NCBI GenBank assembly: GCA_016209635.1
Contig: JACQWC010000221.1
Location: 30,859-94,858 of the forward strand
From: Candidatus Rokuibacteriota bacterium
Lineage (GTDB): Bacteria; Methylomirabilota; Methylomirabilia; Rokubacteriales; CSP1-6
Direction of reading: 5' to 3'
DNA length: 64,000 bases
Shown: positions 27,738-36,343 of the stretch, one piece after another
How positions within the stretch are numbered: the stretch's first letter is position 1
Layout of the letters: each line of letters opens with the position of its first letter
Notes under the pieces: generated by a model
What the model was told of the DNA's origin: nothing
Databases searched by the model: none
Seen by the model: only the letters and a program-made list of their open reading frames with translations
Translations under genes and position numbers: made by a program

Positions 27738-28304
27738 CTACGCCGGCACCGCTAAGGTGCAGTCGACGTACACGGCCACGCTCTTCCGCAGGAGGTTGAC
27801 GGACACCACCAGCAGGCCCCTGCTCGGCTTGGTCCGCAGGAGAATGCCCTCGACGTCGGCGAGTGGCCCGCGCGTGATCCGCACCTTCTGGCCCTCCCGC
27901 AGATAGGGATACGGCAGGGCGGGAGCCCGGCTATCGACGATCCGCCGGATCGCGTCGATCTCTCCGTCCGAGATCGTCGCCAGTCGATCCCAGCGCTCGC
28001 CGAGGACGCTCACGAGCCCCCGCGCCTTCCGCACCTCGATGTAGCTCGCCCTGTCCATGGCGCTGTGGAGAAAGACGTAGCCGGGGAACACCGGGACGCG
28101 GATCAGATGCCTCAGCGTGCCGCGCCTCGACCACATGTCGATCTTCGGCAGAAACATGTCGAATTCCCTCGCCGCCAACTGGTCGTGGACCAGCTGCTCG
28201 CAGTGGCTCCGCGTCCAGAGCGCGTACCAGGCCGGCGTCCGCCAGGGATCAGCGTGAGATATGGCTATCGGTGCTGCCGCTTCGAGCGTTGTCGCGTTGT
28301 CCAT
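27738..28304 (-). CDS. NusG paralog (RfaH/UpxY/LoaP-type specialised antiterminator), first gene of the EPS operon
   Basis: 188 aa. NGN-like WYALWTRSHCEQLVHDQLAAREFDMFLPK... and a KOW-like region GQKVRITRGPLADVEGILL. Confidence 0.8.
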   Translation of the reverse strand: MDNATTLEAAAPIAISHADPWRTPAWYALWTRSHCEQLVHDQLAAREFDMFLPKIDMWSRRGTLRHLIRVPVFPGYVFLHSAMDRASYIEVRKARGLVSVLGERWDRLATISDGEIDAIRRIVDSRAPALPYPYLREGQKVRITRGPLADVEGILLRTKPSRGLLVVSVNLLRKSVAVYVDCTLAVPA

Positions 28305-28382
28305 GGGTCAGGCTTCGCCCCCTTTGGTTCGTCCCCCCGCCTCAGGGCTGAACCCCACAGGTCCGGTCGCGTCATTCCTCAC

Positions 28383-28414
28383 GGTCGGGATCCGCCAAGC
28401 GGACGACCCCGACC
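28383..28414 (-). terminator. Stem-loop 3 nt after the glmS stop (weak terminator candidate, no U-tract)
   Basis: On the minus strand: GGTCGGG-GTCG-TCCGC-TTG-GCGGA-T-CCCGACC. Confidence 0.3.
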
Positions 28415-28417
28415 GGC

Positions 28418-30232
28418 CTACTCCACCGTGACGCTCTTCGCCAGGTTCCTGGGTTGGTCCACATCGCACTCCCGCAGCACAGCGATGTGGTACGCCAGGA
28501 GCTGCAGCGGGATCGCGCAGAGGATCGGCGTCAGCAGCTCCGTCGTCCGCGGGACGTAGAGCACGTGATCCGCCCGCGTCGCGATCTGGTCGTCGCCGTC
28601 GCTCGCGACGGCGACCACGAGGCCGTTCCGAGCCTTCACCTCTTCGATGTTCCCGAGCGCCTTCTCGTACAGGCGCCCGCGCGGCGCGAGCACGACCACC
28701 GGCAGCTTCGGGTCGACGAGGGCGATCGGCCCGTGTTTCATCTCGCCCGCGGGATAGCCCTCCGCGTGGGTGTACGCCAGCTCCTTGAGCTTGAGCGCCC
28801 CCTCGAGCGCCACGGGATAGGTGACCCCTCGTCCGAGGTAAAGGAAGCTCGGGTACGGCGTCAGCGCCGGCGCGAGCTCCACCACCCGTCCACCCCGGCC
28901 GAGGACCGCCTTCGCGAGATGCGGGATCTCCATCACCTCGCCGAGCAGGGCACTCGCCTGGTCCGCCGAGAGGGCGCCCTTTGTTCGTCCGAGATGAACC
29001 GCAAACAGGTAGAGCGCGACAAGCTGACCCGTAAAGCTCTTCGTCGAGGCGACGCTGATCTCGGGCCCGACGCGCGTGTAGATGACGCCGTCGGCCTCCC
29101 GGCTGATGCTGGACCCGACCACGTTGCAGATCGCGACGCTCTTGGACCCGCAGCCCCTCGCGTGCCGGAGCGCCCCCAGCGTGTCGGCCGTCTCGCCCGA
29201 CTGGGAGATGGCCACCGTGAGGGTCGACCCGGTCGCGACCGGCTCGCGGTATCGGAACTCGGACGCGATGTCGACCTCGACCGGGATGCGGCAAAGCGTC
29301 TCGACCATGTACTTACCGACGAGCGCCGCATGCCAGGAGGTGCCACACGCGACCAGAGCGATGCGGTCGATCTTCTCGAGGTCCGTGCAATCGAGACCGA
29401 GGCCGCCGTCCGGGTCCCGGAGAGACCGAATCGTCGCCTCTATGGTGCGCGGCTGCTCGTGGATCTCCTTCAGCATGAAGTGGGGATACCCGTCCTTCTC
29501 GGCCGCCGCGGCGCTCCACGGGATCGTCGTCATCGGCTTGTGCACGGAGCGTCCTTCGAGGGTGACGATCCTCGCTCCGGCCTCGGACAGCACGGCCATC
29601 TCCCCGTCGTCGAGGACGAAGACGTCGCGGGTGTACTTGAGGACCGCCGCAATGTCCGATGCGAGGAATAGCCCGTCGCCGCCGACCGCGACGACCAGCG
29701 GTGCGCCACCATTGCGCACGCCCACGAGCGTCCCCGGCGCGTGCTCGCCGATGATTCCGAGGGCGAAGGCTCCGCGGAGCGTGGCGGCCGCGCGCCGCGT
29801 CGCGGCTTCGAGGCCCTCGCCCGCGTACCGCTCGATGAGGTGGGCGATCACCTCGGTGTCCGTCTGGGACTCGAACTGGTGCCCGTCCGCTTCCAGCGAC
29901 TTCCTGAGCGACGCGCAATTCTCGATGATGCCGTTGTGGACGACCGCGAGCGATTTGGAGCAATCACGGTGCGGATGGGCGTTCGCGTCAGACGGCCGGC
30001 CGTGGGTCGCCCACCGCGTATGGGCCACACCCAGCCGACCCCGGAGAGGTTCTCGTGACAGGACCCGCTCGAGGGCGGCGATCTTGCCCACACTCCGCCT
30101 CACGTCCAGTCGGCCCTCGCAGATCACCCCGACACCGGCCGAGTCGTAGCCCCGGTATTCGAGCCGCTTGAGCCCGTCCATCAGGATGGGCACGGCTTCC
30201 CGATTGCCGACGTACCCGATGATTCCGCACAT
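28418..30232 (-). CDS. glmS: Glutamine--fructose-6-phosphate aminotransferase
   Basis: 604 aa. MCGIIGYVG start, two SIS domains, C-terminal ...NLAKSVTVE. Confidence 0.97.
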   Translation of the reverse strand: MCGIIGYVGNREAVPILMDGLKRLEYRGYDSAGVGVICEGRLDVRRSVGKIAALERVLSREPLRGRLGVAHTRWATHGRPSDANAHPHRDCSKSLAVVHNGIIENCASLRKSLEADGHQFESQTDTEVIAHLIERYAGEGLEAATRRAAATLRGAFALGIIGEHAPGTLVGVRNGGAPLVVAVGGDGLFLASDIAAVLKYTRDVFVLDDGEMAVLSEAGARIVTLEGRSVHKPMTTIPWSAAAAEKDGYPHFMLKEIHEQPRTIEATIRSLRDPDGGLGLDCTDLEKIDRIALVACGTSWHAALVGKYMVETLCRIPVEVDIASEFRYREPVATGSTLTVAISQSGETADTLGALRHARGCGSKSVAICNVVGSSISREADGVIYTRVGPEISVASTKSFTGQLVALYLFAVHLGRTKGALSADQASALLGEVMEIPHLAKAVLGRGGRVVELAPALTPYPSFLYLGRGVTYPVALEGALKLKELAYTHAEGYPAGEMKHGPIALVDPKLPVVVLAPRGRLYEKALGNIEEVKARNGLVVAVASDGDDQIATRADHVLYVPRTTELLTPILCAIPLQLLAYHIAVLRECDVDQPRNLAKSVTVE

Positions 30233-30259
30233 GAGCCTTGCCGCCCTCTCTCCTCTTCG

Positions 30260-30290
30260 GCGCGAGTCGCGCCCTTCGCGACTTCGCGCT
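30260..30290 (-). promoter_or_regulatory. 12-bp stem-loop in the glmS 5' leader, about 30 nt upstream of the ATG
   Basis: On the minus strand: GCGCG-A-AGTCGCG-AAGGG-CGCGACT-CGCGC, followed by the GAGGAGAGAGGG SD region. Confidence 0.3.
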
Positions 30291-30349
30291 CGATCCTGCC
30301 GTCACCCTACGGCTTCCGGGTGAAGACGCTCAATCCGGGGAACCCCCAA

Positions 30350-30373
30350 GTGCGGGTCCGGAAATTCCCGCAC
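30350..30373 (-). terminator. Hairpin 25 nt after the stop of CDS 30398..31306 (weak terminator candidate)
   Basis: GTGCGGG-AATTTCCGGA-CCCGCAC followed by TTGGGGGTT. Confidence 0.3.
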
Positions 30374-30397
30374 CGGGCGGCCTGGTCTTTCCTCCGG

Positions 30398-31306
30398 TCA
30401 GGGCCGCACACGGACGTCCTTGACCGTCGTCGTCGGCGTCTCCGCGTTGAACCCGCCGAGAACGGCGCCGGTGGTGATGTCGAACAGGTAGACGTTCGAA
30501 GAGCCATAGTTCGATGCCCAGAACGTGCCGTCGCCGACGAGGTCGAGACCCAGCCAGAGCGCCGGCTCACCGGGCACGCTGTACGTCTGGACGAGGTTGC
30601 CTGACGGGTCCAGCCGCGCGATCAGCGCGGACATCGCGACGAGGACGCCCCCGTCGGGAAGGATCCGCAGCCCGTAGGTCACCCCGCTGGGACTCGGCGC
30701 AGTGTTGAAGTTTGACAGCTGGTGACCCGCACAGACGTCGAACCGCTTCACGTTGGGACCCTGGGAGGTGTAGAACATCGTGCACCCGTCCGCGGCGAGA
30801 TCGATGCGCGTGGAACCGCGGTTGTCGGGAGCCACGGCAAACGCCCGCAGCAAGACTCCGGAGCCGTCGAACTCAAGGATGTCGCCGGTGCAGTCGGCTT
30901 GGCCGACGTACGCCCGCCCTGCACCGTCGAAGACAATCGCTTCCGGGTTGCAGTTGTACCCGCCTCCGAAGGCCCCAGCCGAGAGCCCGGTCGGATCGAA
31001 CTTCTCCACCGTGTTCCCGGTCCGACAGACCGAGAGGTCGGCACAGTAGTGGGTCACGTACAGGTCCCCGGCGGCGTCAAACGCCATCCCCTCGGCCTTG
31101 CCCGGGATCGCGTTCACCAGGACCCGGTTGAGGGTCCCGTCAGGATGTCGCCACTCGACCGCGCCAGTTCGCAACGAGACGAAGACGTCGCCTGGCGCAA
31201 ACATCGCGTGGGTCGCTTCGGCGTTCTGCGCTGGAACGAGCGCGCAGAGGCTGTTCAACAGGATCGTGATCCCCATCGCGTACGTTCCGCGTGTCCACCC
31301 GTTCAT
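30398..31306 (-). CDS. Secreted NHL/SMP-30-like six-bladed beta-propeller protein, Cys-rich
   Basis: C-terminal 302 aa of track ORF 30398..32050. ATG at 31306 with AGGAGG 8 nt upstream. Signal peptide MNGWTRGTYAMGITILLNSLCALVPAQNAEA. Repeated G-D-L/I-Y-V/F-like blades. Confidence 0.8.
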   Translation of the reverse strand: MNGWTRGTYAMGITILLNSLCALVPAQNAEATHAMFAPGDVFVSLRTGAVEWRHPDGTLNRVLVNAIPGKAEGMAFDAAGDLYVTHYCADLSVCRTGNTVEKFDPTGLSAGAFGGGYNCNPEAIVFDGAGRAYVGQADCTGDILEFDGSGVLLRAFAVAPDNRGSTRIDLAADGCTMFYTSQGPNVKRFDVCAGHQLSNFNTAPSPSGVTYGLRILPDGGVLVAMSALIARLDPSGNLVQTYSVPGEPALWLGLDLVGDGTFWASNYGSSNVYLFDITTGAVLGGFNAETPTTTVKDVRVRP

Positions 31307-31350
31307 TCTCGGATCCTCCTTCCCAACTCTCTCGGACCTCACAAGAAGTC

Positions 31351-31977
31351 TCAGACCTGGATCAGGCCCTGACGGATCGCGTACCGGACGATCCCCGCGG
31401 TGTTGTGCGTTTCCAGCTTCCTCATGATTCGTGTCCGGTGGGCCTCCCCGGTCTTGACGCTCATTCCGAGGATCTTGGCGATTTCCTTCGTCGTCTTGCC
31501 TTCCGCGACGAGCTGCAGGACTTGTCGCTCCCGGGGCGTCAGCGGATCCGCCGGGCCCTCGGACTTCGCCAGATACGCTTCCACGACGGTGCGCGAAACG
31601 CGTGGGCTCAAGTACAGCATGCCCCGCGAGACCTCGGAGATCGCTCGGGTCAGATCCGATGCCGCCTGGGTCTTCACGATGTAGCCCTTGACTCCCACCC
31701 TGAGCGCTTCGAGGACATAGTGGTCCTCCGTGTGCATGCTCAGGAGGATCACCTTCGTGCGCGGGCACGACCGCAAGATCTCTCTCGCCGCGCCGACCCC
31801 GTTCAGGAGCGGCATCGCGTAGTCGAGCACGGCGACGTCGGGGCAGCGATCGCGGGCCACCCCGATGGCTTCCTCGCCGTTGCTGGCTTCCCCGACCACG
31901 TCGAACCCCTCCTGTTCCAGGAGGAGCCTGAGGCCCTGCCGGACGATCAGGTGGTCGTCGGCCAAGAGGATTCGCAT
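31351..31977 (-). CDS. NarL/FixJ-family response regulator (REC + LuxR HTH), paralog 1
   Basis: MRILLADDHLIVRQGL..., LTPRERQVLQLVAEGKTTKEIAKILGMSVKTGEAHRTRIMRKL. ATG at 31977; the track start is TTG. Confidence 0.93.
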   Translation of the reverse strand: MRILLADDHLIVRQGLRLLLEQEGFDVVGEASNGEEAIGVARDRCPDVAVLDYAMPLLNGVGAAREILRSCPRTKVILLSMHTEDHYVLEALRVGVKGYIVKTQAASDLTRAISEVSRGMLYLSPRVSRTVVEAYLAKSEGPADPLTPRERQVLQLVAEGKTTKEIAKILGMSVKTGEAHRTRIMRKLETHNTAGIVRYAIRQGLIQV

Positions 31978-32105
31978 CGCCAAGCTGAACGCTCCGTGTC
32001 GTCAAGCCTAGCGGTGGTGGAGGGGCGAGGACATCCGGGAGGCGCCGCAAATCGGGGCCGGAAAATCCCTGACCGCGCGGCGAGCGGCCGGAAGCGGGCG
32101 GAGCG

Positions 32106-32738
32106 TCAGGGTTGAATCAAGCCACGGCGCACGGCATAGCGGACGAGACTGGCGGTCTCGTGGATGTTGGTTTTCCTCATGATGCGCGTCCGGTGGGACT
32201 CCGCCGTCTTGAAGCTGATCCCCAGGAGCCCGGCGATCTCCTTCGTCGACTTGCCCTCTGCGACGAGCTGCAGGACTTCCCGCTCCCGGGGCGTCAGCGG
32301 GTCCGGCGGCACGCCCGACTTGCTCAGGAACGCCTCGACGACGGTCTGCGAGATGCCGGGGCTCAGGTACACCATGCCCCGCGACACCTCATTGATCGCC
32401 CGGACCAGATCCGCCGCCGCCTGGGTCTTGACGACGTACCCCCTGACGCCCGCCTGGAGCGCCTCCAGGACGTAGTGGTCGTCCGTGTGCATCGTCAGAA
32501 GGATCGCCTTGGCGCGGGGACAGGACTGTAAGATTTCCCGGGCCGTGTCGAGTCCATTCAGGAGCGGCATCGCGAAATCCAGGACCGCCACGTCCGGGCA
32601 CCGCTCCCGCGCCGCGCGCGTGGCCTCCTGGCCGTCCCCGACCTCGGCAACGATCGCGAACCCTTCGCGCTCGAGCAGGGCCTTCAGGCCCTGCCGGACG
32701 ATCAGATGGTCATCGGCGAGGAGAATCCGCGTCGGCAC
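32106..32738 (-). CDS. NarL/FixJ-family response regulator, paralog 2 (tandem duplicate)
   Basis: Collinear with 31351..31977 over all 208-210 aa, roughly three-quarters identical by eye, and also similar at DNA level. GTG start. Confidence 0.93.
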   Translation of the reverse strand: MPTRILLADDHLIVRQGLKALLEREGFAIVAEVGDGQEATRAARERCPDVAVLDFAMPLLNGLDTAREILQSCPRAKAILLTMHTDDHYVLEALQAGVRGYVVKTQAAADLVRAINEVSRGMVYLSPGISQTVVEAFLSKSGVPPDPLTPREREVLQLVAEGKSTKEIAGLLGISFKTAESHRTRIMRKTNIHETASLVRYAVRRGLIQP

Positions 32739-34044
32739 CGCCTGCCTCCACGGGGACGGAGACGATCAGCTCCGTCCCGCTGCTGGGGGTGGAGATGATG
32801 TTCAGCGTTCCGCCAACCGCGTTCAGCCGTTCCTGGATCCCGAGGAGACCGAGGCCGCGCGAGCCTCGCCGCGCCTGCACCGCGGGCCCGTCGAACCCCG
32901 CGCCGTCGTCGCGGACCGAGCACCGCAGGAGGAGACCCTCACGCACGAACCTGATCACCACCCGGGTTGCCTGCGCGTGCCTGGTCACGTTGGTCAGTGC
33001 TTCCTGGACGATGCGGTACAGGGCGGTCTCGGTCGGCGAGGGCAGGCGCTTGCCCGGGGAGCCTTCGACCGAGATGACGAGCCCGGTGCGCCGCGACACC
33101 CCGTCGGCGAGGAACTCGACCGCCGGCCGGAGGCCGAGGTCGTCGAGGATCGTCGGGCGCAGCTCGTGGGACATGTGCCGCAGCTGCTCTTCGATCTTGG
33201 TCAGGAGCCCTCTCACGTCCTCCAGGCGCCGGGAGGCGTGGGGCGGCAGGTCCAGCACGATCTCGGCCAGGACGATATGGACCGAGGCCAGCAGCTGGCC
33301 CGCCTCGTCGTGGAGCGCGTGGGCGATCCGCTTGATCTCTTCCTCCAGCGCCTCGTTGAGGCGCCGCAGCGCCTCCTCCGCGCGCTTGCGGTCGGTGATG
33401 TCGCGCGCGACGCCCAGAACCCCCACGATCTGCGCGTCCTGCACGAGGGACGTGGCCTGGAACTCCCCCGGGATGTAGGCGCCCGACTTCGAGAGGATGC
33501 GCAGCTCGAACATCGGCGGGACCTTCCCCTCGAGGACCACCTGGTAGAGCTCCATCGCGCGAGGGAGGTCGTCCGGGTGAACGAGGGGGGGAAATTCCTT
33601 GCCGATCCACTCGGCGCGGGACCAGCCCGTGATTGTCTCGAAGACCGGATTCAGAGACTTGATCTTCCCGTCGGTCGAGAGCGTGTAGATGACGTCCCGC
33701 GCGGTCTCGACGAGATTCCGGTAGCGTTGTTCGGACTCGAGGAGCGCCGCGTTGGTCTCCTGGACCCGGCGGTGGGACATCTCGAAGGGCAGCAGGCTCT
33801 CGACGAAGAGCCTGTTCGCCGCCCTGAGAGTCCGCGATCCCTCCTTCGCCGTCTGGACCTTCAGCAGGCACGTGAGGAGCGCCCGGTGCTGGATCGTGAC
33901 CATATCGAGCACGCCCAGTCCCTTGGCGAGCGCCTGCCGCCCCAGCTCGTACGCCTGCTGGAGCGCGACCTCCCCGCGTCCCGCCAGGTAGTCCTGCAGG
34001 GCACGCCCGCACTGCGTCGCGAGCCCGCGGACCTCAGCGTTCAT
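32710..34044 (-). CDS. Sensor histidine kinase: RsbU_N-like N-terminal domain + PAS + HisKA_3 + HATPase_c (no TM segment)
   Basis: ATG at 34044. N-terminus MNAEVRGLATQCGRALQDYLAGRGEVALQQAYELGRQALAKGLGVLDMVTIQHRALL... parallels the RsbU N-terminal (RsbT-binding) domain. PAS: YRNLVETARDVIYTLS...GVARDITDRKRAEE. H-box IAHALHDEAGQLL. ATPase: GLGLLGIQERL. Confidence 0.88.
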   Translation of the reverse strand: MNAEVRGLATQCGRALQDYLAGRGEVALQQAYELGRQALAKGLGVLDMVTIQHRALLTCLLKVQTAKEGSRTLRAANRLFVESLLPFEMSHRRVQETNAALLESEQRYRNLVETARDVIYTLSTDGKIKSLNPVFETITGWSRAEWIGKEFPPLVHPDDLPRAMELYQVVLEGKVPPMFELRILSKSGAYIPGEFQATSLVQDAQIVGVLGVARDITDRKRAEEALRRLNEALEEEIKRIAHALHDEAGQLLASVHIVLAEIVLDLPPHASRRLEDVRGLLTKIEEQLRHMSHELRPTILDDLGLRPAVEFLADGVSRRTGLVISVEGSPGKRLPSPTETALYRIVQEALTNVTRHAQATRVVIRFVREGLLLRCSVRDDGAGFDGPAVQARRGSRGLGLLGIQERLNAVGGTLNIISTPSSGTELIVSVPVEAGGADADSPRR

Positions 34045-34648
34045 GCGCCGGCCCCATGTAACGGGCAACGAGGACGAGCGCATCGTCGGTCCGCGTTCCC
34101 CACCCGGTGAGGATGTGATCGGCGAGCCGCTGCGGCGAATCACCCAGGACGAAGTGCTCGACGGCGAAATCGGATCGGACACCGTCGGTCGCGAAGATCA
34201 GCGTGTCGCCTCCCGTCACCGGGACGATCGCGGCGGCCAGCGCCGGCAGGTGCACCCCGACGACGCCGCCCCGCATGATCAGCGACTCGCGGCGCGGACT
34301 CGCCGTCGCGTGGGCGCGCACCAGCAAGCCTTCGACGTTCCCGACGCCGATCCACGTCAGCGTCTCCTCACGCACGTTGAACATGGCCACGCTCATGACG
34401 ACGCCGCGGGTGCCGGCCAGGCTTCTATGGCAGTCCCTGATGAGGGGGATGGTCGACTCTTGCGCGTGAAGCTCGATCGACTTCACGGCGGCCTTCGCCG
34501 CCTCGGCGGCCTCGGCGCCGTGTCCCAGGCCGTCCACGACGGCCGCGAGCACGCCGTCCGGCGTCGGCTTGACCAGGTAGCGGTCGCCGGACTCCGTCTG
34601 CCCGGGCAGGATGAAGTCGGCGACGGCCCAGTCGACCGGGCTGCGCAT
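34034..34648 (-). CDS. rsbX: PP2C-type phosphoserine phosphatase, RsbX-like
   Basis: ATG at 34648 overlaps the rsbT TGA (ATGA). GDRYLV...VVDGLGHGAEAAEAA...TRGVVMSVA...IGVGNVEG...TDGV parallels B. subtilis RsbX. Confidence 0.85.
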   Translation of the reverse strand: MRSPVDWAVADFILPGQTESGDRYLVKPTPDGVLAAVVDGLGHGAEAAEAAKAAVKSIELHAQESTIPLIRDCHRSLAGTRGVVMSVAMFNVREETLTWIGVGNVEGLLVRAHATASPRRESLIMRGGVVGVHLPALAAAIVPVTGGDTLIFATDGVRSDFAVEHFVLGDSPQRLADHILTGWGTRTDDALVLVARYMGPAHER

Positions 34649-35064
34649 CAGCGCTTCCACTTCCGGGCCTTCACCGTCGTCCCCTTACCGGACTCGGAGC
34701 TGATGTCGAACTCGTCCATCAGCCGCCGGACGCCCGGCAAGCCCAGACCGAGGCTGCCAGAGGTCGAGTAGCCGTCCTGCATGGCCAGCGGGATGTCGAG
34801 GATCCCGGGCCCCTCGTCCGCGGCCTCGACCTCGACCGCCCGCCGGCCGTCAGTGTCGATCAGCCGGAGAATGATCTCGCCGCGTGCCGCGTAGCGGACA
34901 ATGTTCCTCGCCAGTTCGGAAATCGCTGTGGCGACCACCGCCAGGTCGGTGGAGGGAAAGCCGCACTGCGCCGCCAGTTCCCGTCCCTTCTGGCGGGCAG
35001 CGACGATGTCGGCCTCGGAGTCTATCGGCACTCGCACTTCATCAGCGATGAGTGCGTCCTTCAT
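34648..35064 (-). CDS. rsbT: Stressosome switch kinase RsbT-like (anti-sigma regulatory factor Ser/Thr kinase)
   Basis: 138 aa. IVAARQKGRELAAQCGF...AISELARNIVRYA...DEGPGI...MQDGYSTSGSLGLGLPGVRRLMDEF is nearly collinear with B. subtilis RsbT. Confidence 0.92.
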   Translation of the reverse strand: MKDALIADEVRVPIDSEADIVAARQKGRELAAQCGFPSTDLAVVATAISELARNIVRYAARGEIILRLIDTDGRRAVEVEAADEGPGILDIPLAMQDGYSTSGSLGLGLPGVRRLMDEFDISSESGKGTTVKARKWKR

Positions 35065-35431
35065 GGTCCGGGACTTTCATCCTGCCCTTCCGGGCAAGAT
35101 ACGCGAGGCCTTCCTCGAGATCCAGCGAGGTCGCTACGCCCTCCAGCGTGAGCCCCAGCTTGACCATCGAGAACGCGACCTCCGGTTGGATGCCGACGAT
35201 GACGGTCTCCGCGCCGCGCAACCGGATCATGTGGGCGATATCGCGCAGGGTGCGGGTCGCGAAGGAATCGATCACGTCCAGCGCCGTGACGTCGATGATG
35301 ACTCCGCGTGCCCTGACCACACTGACCCGCTCGACCAGGGTATCGCGCAGCTGTTTCAGGTCCTCGTCCGTGAGCGCCGACTGGACCGTCGCGATCAGAT
35401 AGAAGCCCTGCTTGAGGATCGGAACCTGCAC
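35042..35431 (-). CDS. rsbS: STAS-domain stressosome scaffold RsbS-like
   Basis: 129 aa. MQVPILKQGFYLIATVQSALTDED..., GVIIDVTALDVIDSFATRTL with the conserved phosphorylatable Ser context. Confidence 0.9.
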   Translation of the reverse strand: MQVPILKQGFYLIATVQSALTDEDLKQLRDTLVERVSVVRARGVIIDVTALDVIDSFATRTLRDIAHMIRLRGAETVIVGIQPEVAFSMVKLGLTLEGVATSLDLEEGLAYLARKGRMKVPDHEGRTHR

Positions 35432-35443
35432 GGTCCTTCCCCG

Positions 35444-36343
35444 CTACGCCGGCTGTACGGCGGGCTCCAGAGTCGGGAGAACCTTGTAGCCCAGCAGGCG
35501 CTCGGCCTCCTCGATGCCGCCCTGGAGGTCACCCACCGTGTTCATCTTGCCCAGGTCCACCCCGATATTAACCAGAGTCTGGGCGATTTCGGGCGACAAA
35601 CCAGTCACGATGACGGTGGCGCCGAGGAGCCGGGCCGCTTCGACGGTCTGGACGAGGTGGTTCGCCACGGGCGAGTCGATGTACGGCACGCCGGTGATGT
35701 CGAGCACGACGACCTTGGCGCGGTTGGTCCGAATGCCCCGGAGGAGCTGCTCGGTCAGCTGACGGGCGCGCTGGGGGTCGATGACGCCGATGATCGGCAG
35801 GATGAGCAGGCGCTCGCGGACCTGGAGCACCGGGGTCGACAGCTCGCGGATCGCCTCCTGCTGCTCGCGGATGATACGCTCGCGCTCCTGGACGAAACCG
35901 ACGGCGACCGTGATCGCGATACGGTTGGCGGCGGGCTCGTACGCGTCGAGGATCCGGTTCAGCTTGTTGAAGTCCGCCTGGTACTTCGCGAACAGCGAGC
36001 GCGCGAGCACGTCGCGGAGCAGGAGCACGATCCCGACGACCTCGTTCGTCTCGACGCCTCGCGGAATGATGCGTTCCGAGAGGTTGCGCGCGTAGGCCTG
36101 CAACGCCTCGTACGTCCCCGTCTCGAGGGCCTCGACGTAGTTATCGTAGACCGAGGTCGCCTCGGCGAAGATCTCTTCTTTTGTCATCGCCGTCAGCAGT
36201 TTGGCCTCGGTGATGAGCCGAGCCCACTCTTCGCGCAGCTGGGCGCGCTGCTGCCTGAGGTGCGCCACCAGCTCGCGAAGCAGAAAGGCCGTGGATTCGA
36301 GGCGGGGTTCGGTCGCGGTCACCAGGTCCCGGGAATCACTCAT
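35444..36343 (-). CDS. rsbR: RsbR-like stressosome sensor (N-terminal non-haem-globin-like domain + C-terminal STAS)
   Basis: ATG at 36343; the track N-terminus is shadow. STAS part LSTPVLQVRERLLILPIIGVIDPQRARQLTE...VVVLDITGVPYIDSPVANHL... carries the conserved Thr context. Confidence 0.88.
   Translation of the reverse strand: MSDSRDLVTATEPRLESTAFLLRELVAHLRQQRAQLREEWARLITEAKLLTAMTKEEIFAEATSVYDNYVEALETGTYEALQAYARNLSERIIPRGVETNEVVGIVLLLRDVLARSLFAKYQADFNKLNRILDAYEPAANRIAITVAVGFVQERERIIREQQEAIRELSTPVLQVRERLLILPIIGVIDPQRARQLTEQLLRGIRTNRAKVVVLDITGVPYIDSPVANHLVQTVEAARLLGATVIVTGLSPEIAQTLVNIGVDLGKMNTVGDLQGGIEEAERLLGYKVLPTLEPAVQPA

Noticed and set aside
30233-30397. A glmS ribozyme upstream of glmS
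   Set aside because: An AGCGCG... hairpin superficially recalls the AGCGCC cleavage-site/P1 start. However, only ~60 nt remain before the ATG. I could not find the conserved core segments (the GACGAGG-type P2 region or the downstream pseudoknot helices). The element is also too short.
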